From Lachnospiraceae bacterium (GTDB lineage Bacteria; Bacillota_I; Bacilli_A; RFN20; CAG-826), in NCBI GenBank assembly GCA_963657245.1, contig CAVKLJ010000004.1, forward strand, positions 2,584 through 66,583: 64,000 bases of DNA, given 5' to 3'. The translations under genes and the position numbers were made by a program. The notes beneath the pieces were generated by a model that saw only the letters and a program-made list of their open reading frames with translations, was not told the origin of the DNA and made no database searches. Of the stretch, positions 44,824 to 54,756 are shown piece by piece (position 1 is the first letter of the stretch; each line of letters begins with the position of its first letter).

Positions 44824-44941
44824 TTCTTTTCTAACATAGTAGAACTTTTGAAAAATTTTGAGAATAGATTTTCATCAAAAATAACGATTATTTTTTACCG
44901 ATATATCGTTTTATACTAAATTTGTATAAAGAAAAAATGGC

Positions 44942-44967
44942 ACTTTTACATGCCATTTTGCGTTATT
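44942..44967 (-). terminator. terminator of the GH2 gene
   Basis: Minus strand AATGGCA-tgtaaaag-TGCCATT followed by TTTTTT. Confidence 0.65.
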
Positions 44968-44974
44968 TTGCTTT

Positions 44975-47365
44975 TTAGATATGGAAATCTTCTTGTTTCT
45001 CCGTTTCTTTTGCGAGGAAGGAAATTGTTTGTTCTCCACATTTTGTTTTGAAGGAAACTTTGACCTCTCCTGGACCATTTGGTCTAACGATTGCTTGAGC
45101 ACGTCCATAATAAGCAGGGGCGACGTTATCTAGATAAGTTCCAGTGTAATATGGGCAAGCGTTACCAAGTCCAAGCAGGCTTCCATTCTCGACTTTTGTC
45201 ACAATAATTTCGCTATTTTCTAGAGGCTTTTGATGTCCATCTTTATCAACAAAGTTAAGCCTGATAAATGCGGTCTCATCGGCTCTAACAACATCCTTTT
45301 CTGGTTTAGCTAAGAAGAAGGTTTCTTTCTTTACTGTTGATAGAGACGTTCTTGCGTATTCTTTGCCATCCTTTGTGTAAGAGACTGCTTCAATTGTTCC
45401 AGGAATATATTTGATTTTGAAATAGACTCTTCCGCCGTCCTTTTGTTTCTTTTTGGCAATAAGTTTGCCATTTTGATAGAGGGCGACAATAGGCTCTTTG
45501 GAATACACTTCTGCGACCATCTTTTTCCCTTCCCATCCTTCATAATCATATGAGCGGTGGGCCCAAGAAAGCTTCCAAGATGAAGCACTGTGACCATAAT
45601 GAAGATCTTTTGGTGAAACGCATGCTAAGCCGATTTTTTCTAGTCCAAAAGCCACACGAGTGTAGGTCATTTCAGCGCAAGGATGACCAAGGATATCAAT
45701 TCTTCCTGAACCAGCTAGAAGCCAATTTGTTTTATCTTCCCTCATGCCTTCTCTTTCAAGAGCAACCCAGCTTCCTACTCCAGCCTCACCTAGATAATCC
45801 CATCCGGCCCAGACAAAGTCTCCGATTAAACGTGGATTCTTTTCTGCTTGTTCAATGAATGAAAGGGCATCAGAACAGAATGTTTCTGAACCAACGATGA
45901 AACGATCAGGGTATTGTTTTAAATCGTGCTTATAACGTTTGATGCCATAGTTATACCCGGCGACATCAAGTTCTTTGAAAGCATCTCTAGTTTTAACGTT
46001 TGCTCTATGGAGAGTAGCGCCAGTCTTCATGAAGTCAGCACCTAGAATGCCTGCTAAATCATTAAAGAATTGTGAACCAACGGATGCTTTCTTTTGAGTT
46101 GGCTTTTTCTTTGCGTCTTTTTGAGCCTTCTTATCTGAATATTGGCCCATTCCCCAGCTATATAGAGCATTGAAGAAAATATTAACGCCGCAAGTTATTG
46201 GCCTCGTGTTATCGTCTTCTTTGATCGTTTTAACCATTTCACGAACAAAAGAAACGCCTTTTTTCTCGCTTGTTTCTGCAACTTCGTTTCCTAAGGAATA
46301 CATGATTACTGAAGGATGGTTGTAGTCTTTTTCAATCATCTCCTTCAAATCCTGTTTATAGGTTTGCATGACAAAAGAAGCACAATCGTGCATTGTCTTA
46401 TGGATATACCAGCAATCAGCATATTCATCGAGAATCAAAAGTCCTAGCCTGTCTGCTTCATCAAGGAAATATCTAGAGATTGGGTTATGGGCGGAGCGGA
46501 TGGCGTTATAACCATTTTCAAAGAGGATTCTCGCTCTTCTTTCTTCAGCGTCTTTATCACAAACAGCACCTAATAAACCATTGTCGTGGTGGATACAAGC
46601 GCCTTTAAGGATTACTCGTTTGCCATTGATTAAGAAGCCTTTTTCTTTATCTAATTCTACTTGCCTAATACCAAATTTTGTTTTGTAGACATCTTTCTCA
46701 AAAGAAAGTTCTAACTCATATAAGTTTCCTTCTCCAACGTTCCATAATTTAGGATTTTCGATTGTTAAATTTTCGTTTAGGGAATCACCAGAAAACTCCT
46801 TTTCAAAGATAACGTCTTCTCCATCTCTAATTTTGAATTTTCCTTTTCCAGAACAAGAGAAACTTGCTTTTAAATTGACCTCGCCTTTTTCATAAGAAAG
46901 AGTGGTTATTCTTACAGATCTAGGAAGGATATGTTCTTTTGGCAATACCCACATATGAACAGGACGATATATGCCAGATCCTGTGTACCAACGCGAATTT
47001 GGCTGATCGGAGTTATCTGCAATAACTTTTATATGATTTTTTCCATTTTTGATGGCATTAGTTGCCTCAAATATGAAATCTGTATATCCATATTCGCGAT
47101 GAGCGACCTCTACATCATTGATGTATATTCTTGGATGGCGATAGACTCCTTCGAATTCGAAATATACTTTTTCGCCATCGTTTAGAGATAATTCAAAGTC
47201 TTTTTCATAGATATATTTTCCACCAGAAAAGAATGAAATATTGACTCCACCAGGATTATTTATATCTCTATTTGTTCTAAGCATTCTATCATCAGGTAAA
47301 GTTACCTTTTCTGCTTGATCTTTATGACCATCTTCATAAACGATCCAATCATTGTTAAACAACAT
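44975..47365 (-). CDS. GH2 family glycoside hydrolase (beta-galactosidase/beta-glucuronidase type), cytoplasmic
   Basis: NGKRVILKGACIHHDNG, NAIRSAHNP and SLGNE (acid/base region). No signal peptide. Confidence 0.85.
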   Translation of the reverse strand: MLFNNDWIVYEDGHKDQAEKVTLPDDRMLRTNRDINNPGGVNISFFSGGKYIYEKDFELSLNDGEKVYFEFEGVYRHPRIYINDVEVAHREYGYTDFIFEATNAIKNGKNHIKVIADNSDQPNSRWYTGSGIYRPVHMWVLPKEHILPRSVRITTLSYEKGEVNLKASFSCSGKGKFKIRDGEDVIFEKEFSGDSLNENLTIENPKLWNVGEGNLYELELSFEKDVYKTKFGIRQVELDKEKGFLINGKRVILKGACIHHDNGLLGAVCDKDAEERRARILFENGYNAIRSAHNPISRYFLDEADRLGLLILDEYADCWYIHKTMHDCASFVMQTYKQDLKEMIEKDYNHPSVIMYSLGNEVAETSEKKGVSFVREMVKTIKEDDNTRPITCGVNIFFNALYSWGMGQYSDKKAQKDAKKKPTQKKASVGSQFFNDLAGILGADFMKTGATLHRANVKTRDAFKELDVAGYNYGIKRYKHDLKQYPDRFIVGSETFCSDALSFIEQAEKNPRLIGDFVWAGWDYLGEAGVGSWVALEREGMREDKTNWLLAGSGRIDILGHPCAEMTYTRVAFGLEKIGLACVSPKDLHYGHSASSWKLSWAHRSYDYEGWEGKKMVAEVYSKEPIVALYQNGKLIAKKKQKDGGRVYFKIKYIPGTIEAVSYTKDGKEYARTSLSTVKKETFFLAKPEKDVVRADETAFIRLNFVDKDGHQKPLENSEIIVTKVENGSLLGLGNACPYYTGTYLDNVAPAYYGRAQAIVRPNGPGEVKVSFKTKCGEQTISFLAKETEKQEDFHI

Positions 47366-47410
47366 ACGAAAACTCCTTTTGCTCTAACATTGTATATTAT
47401 CTAACAATGA

Positions 47411-47424
47411 TGTAAGGGCTTTCT
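47411..47424. promoter_or_regulatory. degenerate cre-like site upstream of GH2
   Basis: TGTAAGGGCTTTCT matches the cre consensus at 12 of 14 positions. Confidence 0.3.
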
Positions 47425-47517
47425 AGTTCAAAATAAGTCGTGAAATGTGCATTTTAAGGCGTGTCTTGTATTTTTCCGAAAAATAAATAAGAATTTATAT
47501 AGATAGAAAAATTAATT

Positions 47518-48240
47518 ATGTTCAGTATTCATATTGCAATTGTTGAAAACGAAAATGATGTAGCGGAAGCCGATGCTAGATTGCTTGAGCGTTACGCTAA
47601 AGAAAATGAAGTGGAGATTGAATCCAAGATTTTTCCTAACGCTTATGAATTCCTAGATTCTGAAGAAGGCTTTGACGCAGTCCTTATGGATATTGATATG
47701 CCAGGAATGAACGGCATGCAAGCATCAGAGAAAATCAGAGAACATAACAGTGCGATTGATATTATTTTTACGACTAATCTCCCTCAATTTGCAGTTGATG
47801 GCTATAAAGTCCAAGCTTTAGACTTCGTTATCAAGCCTGTGACATTTGCAAATCTATCTTTTGCCATGGATAAAGTGGTTGAGAAAAAGAAGAATGCATT
47901 AAATGGTTCTTTCTTCTTAAAGATTGGCGGCATGTCTAGAAGGTTCAAGAATGATGAACTCATATATTTTGAGATGGTGAATCATAACATCGTTCTCCAC
48001 GAAGTTGGGTTAGAGCCTTTCAAAGTTAGAGGCTCTTTAAAACTTGTTGAAGAAGTTGTAAATCCTGAAGTCTTTGTGAAGATAAATTCCGGAATCATCA
48101 TCAATTTATCAAAAGTAAAAACTTTTGCTGATGGCTCTGCAATTATGGAAGATGGATCAATTCTTCCGATTTCTCGTTCGCATAAAAAAGAATTTGCCGT
48201 TCGTTTGTCTCAATTCTACGGTAATTCATTCAATAGGTAA
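47518..48240 (+). CDS. LytTR-family response regulator
   Basis: Receiver domain (VLMDIDMPGMNG, KP) plus a LytTR DNA-binding domain (YFEMVNHNIVLH...ISRSHKKEF). Confidence 0.85.
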   Translation: MFSIHIAIVENENDVAEADARLLERYAKENEVEIESKIFPNAYEFLDSEEGFDAVLMDIDMPGMNGMQASEKIREHNSAIDIIFTTNLPQFAVDGYKVQALDFVIKPVTFANLSFAMDKVVEKKKNALNGSFFLKIGGMSRRFKNDELIYFEMVNHNIVLHEVGLEPFKVRGSLKLVEEVVNPEVFVKINSGIIINLSKVKTFADGSAIMEDGSILPISRSHKKEFAVRLSQFYGNSFNR

Positions 48241-48245
48241 GCAAG

Positions 48246-49544
48246 ATGGAAGATGGAACCCCCTTATATAAGATTTTGATTCTAGGAAAATATCAATTCT
48301 ATTTGGAGTTGCTCATTCCTTTCCTTATCTTGATGCTTTTCTCTAAAAGAAGAAAATATTTTTGGTGCTTTTTGCCTGTTGTGGCAGCTTTGCCATGCTT
48401 CCTTTATTGGATGCCGTCCTTAAAAACGAGCTTTGGATATAACTTCGATTATTTGTTTGCTGCGATGGTGCTCTTTATTTTGAGCTTCTTCTTATATGAA
48501 GAGTCTTTTCTTACCTTGCTTTGCGCAGTGACCATTTCCTTTGGCGTGCAGCACATAGCTTGGAATTTCCTTGGATTTTTCTTTGATATCATGCCAAATA
48601 ACGCGTCAGACTGGTCGAAACTTGTAGCCATTATTTCTTTTGTTGGAATATATTTGATCATTTATGGGGCGTTTTTGTTTGCTGTCCTTAAACTCAAACG
48701 CCCGTATCGTTGGCAACGTAAGGATTCGTTAAGTCTTATTTTTGGCTCTGTTATCATTGCAATAGCCGCCGTTTTAAGCCAATATGTCGAACCTTGGGGA
48801 ATAATTCCTAGACTTTATACTGTTATTTTGATGTTCCTTGGCGTTTCTTTGGAATTCGTCGTCCCTATTGCTCATGAGGCGGGTTCTAAAGCCAGAGAAT
48901 TAGAAGACGAAAAAGAAACTTTGGTCTCTCTTCTTGAACTTCAAGCCCACCAATCCGAAACGGCAAAGAAAGAACAAGAAATCCTCAATATGAAATTTCA
49001 TGACATGAAACATCAGCTGAATCTTTTAAAAGAAATGAAGATTGAAGATAAAGATTCAACGATCAAGGAACTAGAAAAAACAATTGATATATATGGTGAC
49101 TATGCAAAAACAGGCAACGAAGCTTTAGATATCATTCTTACCCAAAAGTCTTTGCTATGTACAAAAGAAAATATTACGTTTACCTACATCATTGATGGGA
49201 ATGCTTTCTCATTTATGTCAGCAAGTGATATCTCATCTTTATTTGGAAACATTATTGATAATGCTATAGAAGCAGTTTCCAAAGAAGAAGGAGAATACCG
49301 CTTAATCAAAGTTTCAGCCTCGATAAAGAATGGTTTTTTATCACTTATTGAGGAAAATTATGTTTCTGAAAAAGTTAAGTTTTCATCGAATGGTTTGCCA
49401 ATTTCAAACAAAGAAAATCAGATATATCATGGTTATGGTACAAAGTCGATAAAATACATCTCTCAAAAATACGGAGGAACATTTTCTTTCGAACAAAAAG
49501 CTAATAGATTTAAGGTATCATTGCTCTTCCCGATTAAAAAGTAA
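48246..49544 (+). CDS. membrane sensor histidine kinase, HPK10/AgrC-like GHKL type
   Basis: About 6 N-terminal TM helices. H-box KFHDMKHQL. ATPase region NIIDNAIEA...YHGYGTKSIKYISQKYGG. Confidence 0.8.
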   Translation: MEDGTPLYKILILGKYQFYLELLIPFLILMLFSKRRKYFWCFLPVVAALPCFLYWMPSLKTSFGYNFDYLFAAMVLFILSFFLYEESFLTLLCAVTISFGVQHIAWNFLGFFFDIMPNNASDWSKLVAIISFVGIYLIIYGAFLFAVLKLKRPYRWQRKDSLSLIFGSVIIAIAAVLSQYVEPWGIIPRLYTVILMFLGVSLEFVVPIAHEAGSKARELEDEKETLVSLLELQAHQSETAKKEQEILNMKFHDMKHQLNLLKEMKIEDKDSTIKELEKTIDIYGDYAKTGNEALDIILTQKSLLCTKENITFTYIIDGNAFSFMSASDISSLFGNIIDNAIEAVSKEEGEYRLIKVSASIKNGFLSLIEENYVSEKVKFSSNGLPISNKENQIYHGYGTKSIKYISQKYGGTFSFEQKANRFKVSLLFPIKK

Positions 49545-49553
49545 GCGCTTACC
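49540..49553. promoter_or_regulatory. cre-like palindrome overlapping the kinase stop codon
   Basis: AGTAAGCGCTTACC contains the perfect 12-bp palindrome GTAAGCGCTTAC. Confidence 0.35.
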
Positions 49554-49605
49554 GAAAATGTCACAAATCCGTACAAATTCGGTCACGGTTTGCCTTTTTT
49601 AAGAA

Positions 49606-49619
49606 TGTAAGTGCTTACA
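49606..49619. promoter_or_regulatory. cre-like operator upstream of the second GH3 gene
   Basis: TGTAAGTGCTTACA matches at 13 of 14 positions (the central CG is TG). Overlaps a possible -10, TACAAT. Confidence 0.5.
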
Positions 49620-49664
49620 ATAATTCCGCTTGGAGTCATTAGACCCAAATTAAAGGAGGGCAAT

Positions 49665-52600
49665 ATGCCTAAATCAAATGTATTTAGAGGACTGACAGCT
49701 TTCAGCGTTTTGTTGTTGTCATCTTCTACAGTCATGGGAATGATTTTCGAAAAGTACCCACAAGGAATGGATCAAACTTGGGGAACAACATCGAGCAAGA
49801 TCGTGACTGAGAAAAACGAAGGATCAGAAAATAGCTGGTCTTACGTTTCAAAGTATAAAAACGCAAAAGAAGCAATCGCAGGCTATAAGGATTTAGCTCT
49901 TCGCGAAGCTGCAGAATCGTTCGTTCTTCTTAAGAACAAAGACAACGTTCTTCCATTAGCGGAAAAACCAAAAGTTTCTCTCTTTGGTTTAAGAAGCTAT
50001 GCTCCAATCTATGGTAACAGCGGTGGTTCTATCGCTGATAAAGCAACCATCGATAATGGAAACACAATCACAGAATGTTTCACCGAAGAAGGACTTGAAA
50101 TCAACCCAACTCGTCAAGCGGTTTATAAGGAATACTGCAAGGATTTCGAGTGGGGCGGACAAAGCTTCGGTGCCACACCTCCTCAATACACCGAAATTTC
50201 TGGAACTGATAAAGTCTATGAATTAGGTTCAGCAGACATGGCAAAAATCAACGCCAACTATAAGAAGGACGATGCTTCATATGCTGATGCAGCCATCGTT
50301 ATCGTTGGCCGTCCAGGTGGCGAATCGAAAGAATATCGCACAGGACAAGAAAACTGCGGAAGCACGACAACAAACGGAAACGTCCTTTCTCTTTCCGCAG
50401 AAGAAAAAGAAATGATTGCCGAAGCAAAAGCAACTTCCAAGAAAGTCATTGTTCTCTTGAATACCACAAACGTCATGGAAATTAAGGAATTAAAGGACGA
50501 TGATGCAATTAGCGCAATCATGTGGATTGGCTATCCTGGCTCTTATGGATTTAGAGCGGTCGCTAACGTTCTTCAAGGAAAGATCAACCCATCCGGTCGC
50601 CTTGGCGAAATCTATATCTCCAACGGATTAACCGCTCCAGCAATGCAAAACGCTGGCGATTCCACACCATGGGATGATGCAACAAAAGCCGCTGGCGAAA
50701 ACTTAAATTCCTACCTCATCTGGGCTGAAGGAATCTACACTGGCTATCGTTATTATGAAACTAGATATGCCGATGTTGTCTCTGGAAAAGCCAGTGCAAA
50801 AACAGCAAAAGCAGGTTCTTATACCACAGGAACAGGCGTCTTAGGCACAGGAGTAGGAGAATGGGACTATGACCAAGAAGTTGTCTACCCATTTGGTTTT
50901 GGTTTAAGCTATACAACCTTCGAAGAAAGCTTAGATAAAGTTGAGATTTCTGGTGATCATAAAACGGCAGAAGTCACCGTTACAGTTAAGAATACTGGCT
51001 CAGTTGACGGCAAACATGCCATTGAGCTTTATGCCCAAACACCATATACCGACTATGACGTTGAAAATGGTGTTGAAAAGAGCGCAATTCAATTAATTGA
51101 CTTCGAAAAAACCGATACAATCAAAGCTGGTGACAGCGAAACCATCACCTTAAATGTCGAATTAGAAAACCTTGCTTCTTACGATACAAACGGCAAAAAG
51201 ACATACATTGTCGATGATGGAACGTATTACTTTGCTCTTGGTGCTTCTTCGCACGATGCTTTAAATAACGTCTTTGCGAAACAAGGCACAACATCAGTTG
51301 GTGGAGATGCTTCAAAAGTCTATTCCTTCAACTGGTCTGGGCATACGGGCGGAGTTGATGATAAGACCTTCTCAGTTTCTGATAATGGCACAAACATCAC
51401 CAACAAATTATCTGAAGGTGACTATGCAACTGATTTCAACGCCTTTAGCAAGGATACAGTCACGTATCTCTCCCGTTCAGATTGGAATGGAACCTTCCCT
51501 AAGACCTATAGTGGATTGCAACCAAGCGAAAGAATGAAGAAACTCTTCACCTGCGATTGGATCGACTTAGAAGAAGGAGATACCTCTTCCTATAAGTGGG
51601 GCGTTAACAATGGACACACCATTAAAGAATATAAGAATGCTGATTGGGATGATTCCCGTTGGGATGAACTTGTTGATCAAGTTACTCCAGCAGAATTCTT
51701 AAACTTCGCTTCACACGCCTTCCATAACTTAGAAGGCATCGCATCAGTTGGACTTGAAACATTTAACGCTGATGACGGTCCAGGTGGATCCGATACACAT
51801 TACTTCAATGAAGGAACCTATCAAGGTGAAGCTTGGAGCGATGGAGAAAGCGCCAAAGTTGCCTCTACAGGCGATTACATGGGCACACGTGTCACCCCAT
51901 CTCAAACAAACATTGCTTATACTTGGAATAAAGAACTTGCCTATGAAAACGGTGAGGTCATCTTAGGCGAAACATCAGTCGATCTTGGTTTACCAATCAT
52001 GATTGGCCCAGCAATGAACATCAAACGTCATGGTTATAATGGCCGTGGTGGAGAATATCTCTCCGAAGATCCAATCCTTTCTGGATATATCGGTTCCGCT
52101 ATCGTCCAAGGCGCCCAATCCATGGGATGCTTAGTTAACATCAAACACGCCGCCTTCAACGATCAAGAAATCAACCGTTCTGGCGTTGCAGCTTTCATGA
52201 ACGAACAATCCGCTCGCGAACTTGAATTACGTAACCTCAACAAAGCCTTCACAGCAAAAGGAAAACCAGCAAAATGGGTCAACGACGAGTCCAAGAAAGA
52301 TACTTACACACAAGGCGCTCTTGGTGTCATGACTTCCTATAACCGTATTGGCGCCGTTCCTTCTAGTGCTAATAAAGCCGTCATGCAAGATATCATGCGT
52401 GATGAATGGGGCTTTAAGGGCTATAACGTCACTGACTTCACTGGTGTCTCTTTAAAAGCTGCTCCAAAAGAGTCCATCTTATTCGGAACAACCGCATTCT
52501 GCGGATTTGGTAACCCAAGCTTCTCCTACTGGAGTGAAAGCGAAATCACCAAGTATCCTGCAATGTGCGCAGCTCTTAAGACAAACATAAAGTACATCTT

Positions 52601-52781
52601 ATACTCAGTCTGTCATTCTAACGTCTTAAATAACACTGACGTTACAATCAGAACAGTTCAACTCGAAACATCTTGGAGAACGATGTATAAGACAATGATC
52701 GGTGTCTCTGCTGGACTTGTTGCAGTCTTCGGAGGATTGTCCCTCTTTGTAACTCTTCGCAAGAAAAAGGAGGAAAAATAA
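49665..52781 (+). CDS. GH3 family glycoside hydrolase, membrane anchored, reversed domain order (paralogue of 39272..42337)
   Basis: RBS AAGGAGG. N-terminal signal/anchor. PFGFGLSYTTF, then the catalytic domain (IKHAAFNDQE, GYNVTDF). C-terminal TM helix plus KKKEEK. Confidence 0.85.
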   Translation: MPKSNVFRGLTAFSVLLLSSSTVMGMIFEKYPQGMDQTWGTTSSKIVTEKNEGSENSWSYVSKYKNAKEAIAGYKDLALREAAESFVLLKNKDNVLPLAEKPKVSLFGLRSYAPIYGNSGGSIADKATIDNGNTITECFTEEGLEINPTRQAVYKEYCKDFEWGGQSFGATPPQYTEISGTDKVYELGSADMAKINANYKKDDASYADAAIVIVGRPGGESKEYRTGQENCGSTTTNGNVLSLSAEEKEMIAEAKATSKKVIVLLNTTNVMEIKELKDDDAISAIMWIGYPGSYGFRAVANVLQGKINPSGRLGEIYISNGLTAPAMQNAGDSTPWDDATKAAGENLNSYLIWAEGIYTGYRYYETRYADVVSGKASAKTAKAGSYTTGTGVLGTGVGEWDYDQEVVYPFGFGLSYTTFEESLDKVEISGDHKTAEVTVTVKNTGSVDGKHAIELYAQTPYTDYDVENGVEKSAIQLIDFEKTDTIKAGDSETITLNVELENLASYDTNGKKTYIVDDGTYYFALGASSHDALNNVFAKQGTTSVGGDASKVYSFNWSGHTGGVDDKTFSVSDNGTNITNKLSEGDYATDFNAFSKDTVTYLSRSDWNGTFPKTYSGLQPSERMKKLFTCDWIDLEEGDTSSYKWGVNNGHTIKEYKNADWDDSRWDELVDQVTPAEFLNFASHAFHNLEGIASVGLETFNADDGPGGSDTHYFNEGTYQGEAWSDGESAKVASTGDYMGTRVTPSQTNIAYTWNKELAYENGEVILGETSVDLGLPIMIGPAMNIKRHGYNGRGGEYLSEDPILSGYIGSAIVQGAQSMGCLVNIKHAAFNDQEINRSGVAAFMNEQSARELELRNLNKAFTAKGKPAKWVNDESKKDTYTQGALGVMTSYNRIGAVPSSANKAVMQDIMRDEWGFKGYNVTDFTGVSLKAAPKESILFGTTAFCGFGNPSFSYWSESEITKYPAMCAALKTNIKYILYSVCHSNVLNNTDVTIRTVQLETSWRTMYKTMIGVSAGLVAVFGGLSLFVTLRKKKEEK

Positions 52782-52783
52782 TC

Positions 52784-53230
52784 ATGAAAAACTTCTTAGC
52801 TAAACAAACTATCTGGAGTTATCTCTTACTTGCATCCGTCATCCTTCTTGTTCCTGGATTTATCGTCTTCATGATAAATTCCACGACAGGATATCTACAT
52901 GGTAGCACTCTCTCTGCCTTAGTCGTATCTATGAGCATTATCGCCCTCGTTCTTGGAATTGCCTTAGCTCTCTTTGGTGAGAAATTGGGCAAGTTCGCAG
53001 GCATTGGCTATCTTGCTGTTGCTGCAATGGTTGCAATCGCCATTGCTGGCATTGCTTGGACTGTTGAAGCAGTTGTTGGTGATATCTACTTCATCCCAGT
53101 CAACCATCCTGAAAGTGAAGATACGACTTGGACATTAGCAATCGTTACTCTTGTCTTCTACGTCTTATCCTTCTTAAGCGCTATGGTTGCTTGCTTTGGT
53201 GGAAAACTTTACAAAAAAGTTGAAGACTAA
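52784..53230 (+). CDS. small 4-TM membrane protein coupled to GH3
   Basis: Starts 2 nt after the GH3 stop. Four hydrophobic helices. NHPESED loop motif. Confidence 0.5.
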   Translation: MKNFLAKQTIWSYLLLASVILLVPGFIVFMINSTTGYLHGSTLSALVVSMSIIALVLGIALALFGEKLGKFAGIGYLAVAAMVAIAIAGIAWTVEAVVGDIYFIPVNHPESEDTTWTLAIVTLVFYVLSFLSAMVACFGGKLYKKVED

Positions 53231-53251
53231 TTGCTCAAAATAAGAAAATGA

Positions 53252-53280
53252 CCTCTCTATGAAAATAGAGGGGCTTTTCT
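53252..53280 (+). terminator. rho-independent terminator
   Basis: CCTCTCTAT-gaaa-ATAGAGGGG stem followed by CTTTTCTT. Confidence 0.7.
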
Positions 53281-53319
53281 TATATATTTTTGAAAATATA
53301 TGGGAAATGTAGTGGATTT

Positions 53320-54303
53320 TTAGAAATCGATTTTCAACGCTAGACTCTTTAACGATGAGAACGAAAGAATATTATTTAAGTCTTCTATATTCTTGATTTC
53401 AATGTTTTTAAGAATGAAATGAAGTTGATTTATCAAGTGATCTGAAAAGGTTTCTTCAGATGAATAGTTTTCGTCATTTGAACCTTCTAATTCTTCACTT
53501 AGAAGGATAATTATTGCTCGTCTTAATAAGGCAAGTATAGAGTTTTCGATCCAATATGCATATTTAGTTTTCGGATGTTTATTCTCTGCCTTGGCGATTT
53601 TTATATACATTGGAAGCCCATCATCTGGCATATGCCAAAGATCAGCAAATAAATAATCTCCATCAAAGTCTTTTTCGAGGAATGTAAACGCATCGTCGTT
53701 GATGATTTCGATTTTTTCTTTATGAGGGAAGAAAGGGAGGATTTCCTCTTTGAAGATATCGATTATTTTGTTATTCATCTCAATGATCGTTACTTTCTTA
53801 ACATCATCTTTGTTTGAAACCATAAATGCATAATAACCAAGGCCCAAACCCAGAGTTATGACGTTGCCTTTGGCTTCAGCTACGCTTTGTTTCATTGTGT
53901 TTATTTCATGAGGGGTAACGCTCATCCAGGTTCTATCGTTTTCTTTCAATGCTAGGAATTTAAATTCATCCTCGAAATAGCCAAAAGGAGTTTCTTCTTG
54001 GAAATAATTGCCTTTAAGATTTATCTCATCATAGACGAATCCTTGTTTAGGGAGGTATCTGTCATAAGTTAAGAGAACCTTTCCTTTTTTCTCGCTATGT
54101 GGCTTTATTGCTTGGTAGTAAGGGTTAGATGAATACTCTTTTGGGTCAAGTCTAGAAATTTTATATGGATGATTTTTGCTTGAGATGATTGGACTATTAA
54201 AAAGAAGGTCGTTAAAATAGTCCGCTTCGGATATTGTTTCGTCTAACGCTTCAAGATAGTTATCAAACTTTTTTATGTCTTCTTTGTTTAAAGATATTTT
54301 CAT
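53320..54303 (-). CDS. class I SAM-dependent methyltransferase / spermidine-synthase-like protein
   Basis: Rossmann motif VITLGLGLGYYA and acidic IIEMN. Confidence 0.45.
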   Translation of the reverse strand: MKISLNKEDIKKFDNYLEALDETISEADYFNDLLFNSPIISSKNHPYKISRLDPKEYSSNPYYQAIKPHSEKKGKVLLTYDRYLPKQGFVYDEINLKGNYFQEETPFGYFEDEFKFLALKENDRTWMSVTPHEINTMKQSVAEAKGNVITLGLGLGYYAFMVSNKDDVKKVTIIEMNNKIIDIFKEEILPFFPHKEKIEIINDDAFTFLEKDFDGDYLFADLWHMPDDGLPMYIKIAKAENKHPKTKYAYWIENSILALLRRAIIILLSEELEGSNDENYSSEETFSDHLINQLHFILKNIEIKNIEDLNNILSFSSLKSLALKIDF

Positions 54304-54351
54304 GCTTAATTAGTTTACTTGCTTTCCATAAATATGTGCTAGAGTTATTTC

Positions 54352-54756
54352 ATGAGTGGAAAAATCATATTAACAAATATGTGCATGCTTTATAAGGATG
54401 ATGGGTCATTCCTTGTGATTGATAGATTGAAGAATGATTGGCCAGGCTTAAATTTTCCAGGTGGCCACATCGAATCTGGCGAAAGTGTTGAAGAATCTGT
54501 TGTCCGCGAAATAAAAGAAGAAACAAATCTTCAGTTAAAATCGGTTGAATTTGTTACCTATTATGAGTGGAATATGATTGAAGATGGTATTAGGCATCTT
54601 TGCCTATTGTTTAGATCAAAAGAGTTCGAAGGAGAGATAAAATCTTCCTCCGAAGGTAACGTTTTCTTTATCAAAAGAGAAGATCTAAATAAATATAAGT
54701 TATCAACCGATTTCGAAGAAATTTTAAATATCGCCAGCAAATCCTTGCCTATTTAA
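54352..54756 (+). CDS. NUDIX hydrolase
   Basis: Nudix box GGHIESGESVEESVVREIKEETNL. Confidence 0.85.
   Translation: MSGKIILTNMCMLYKDDGSFLVIDRLKNDWPGLNFPGGHIESGESVEESVVREIKEETNLQLKSVEFVTYYEWNMIEDGIRHLCLLFRSKEFEGEIKSSSEGNVFFIKREDLNKYKLSTDFEEILNIASKSLPI

Noticed and set aside
39272-52781. The two GH3 genes in opposite orientation as a large inverted DNA repeat capable of inversion.
   Set aside because: The similarity is at the protein level only; the nucleotide sequences have diverged throughout. They are old paralogues, not a recombinogenic repeat.
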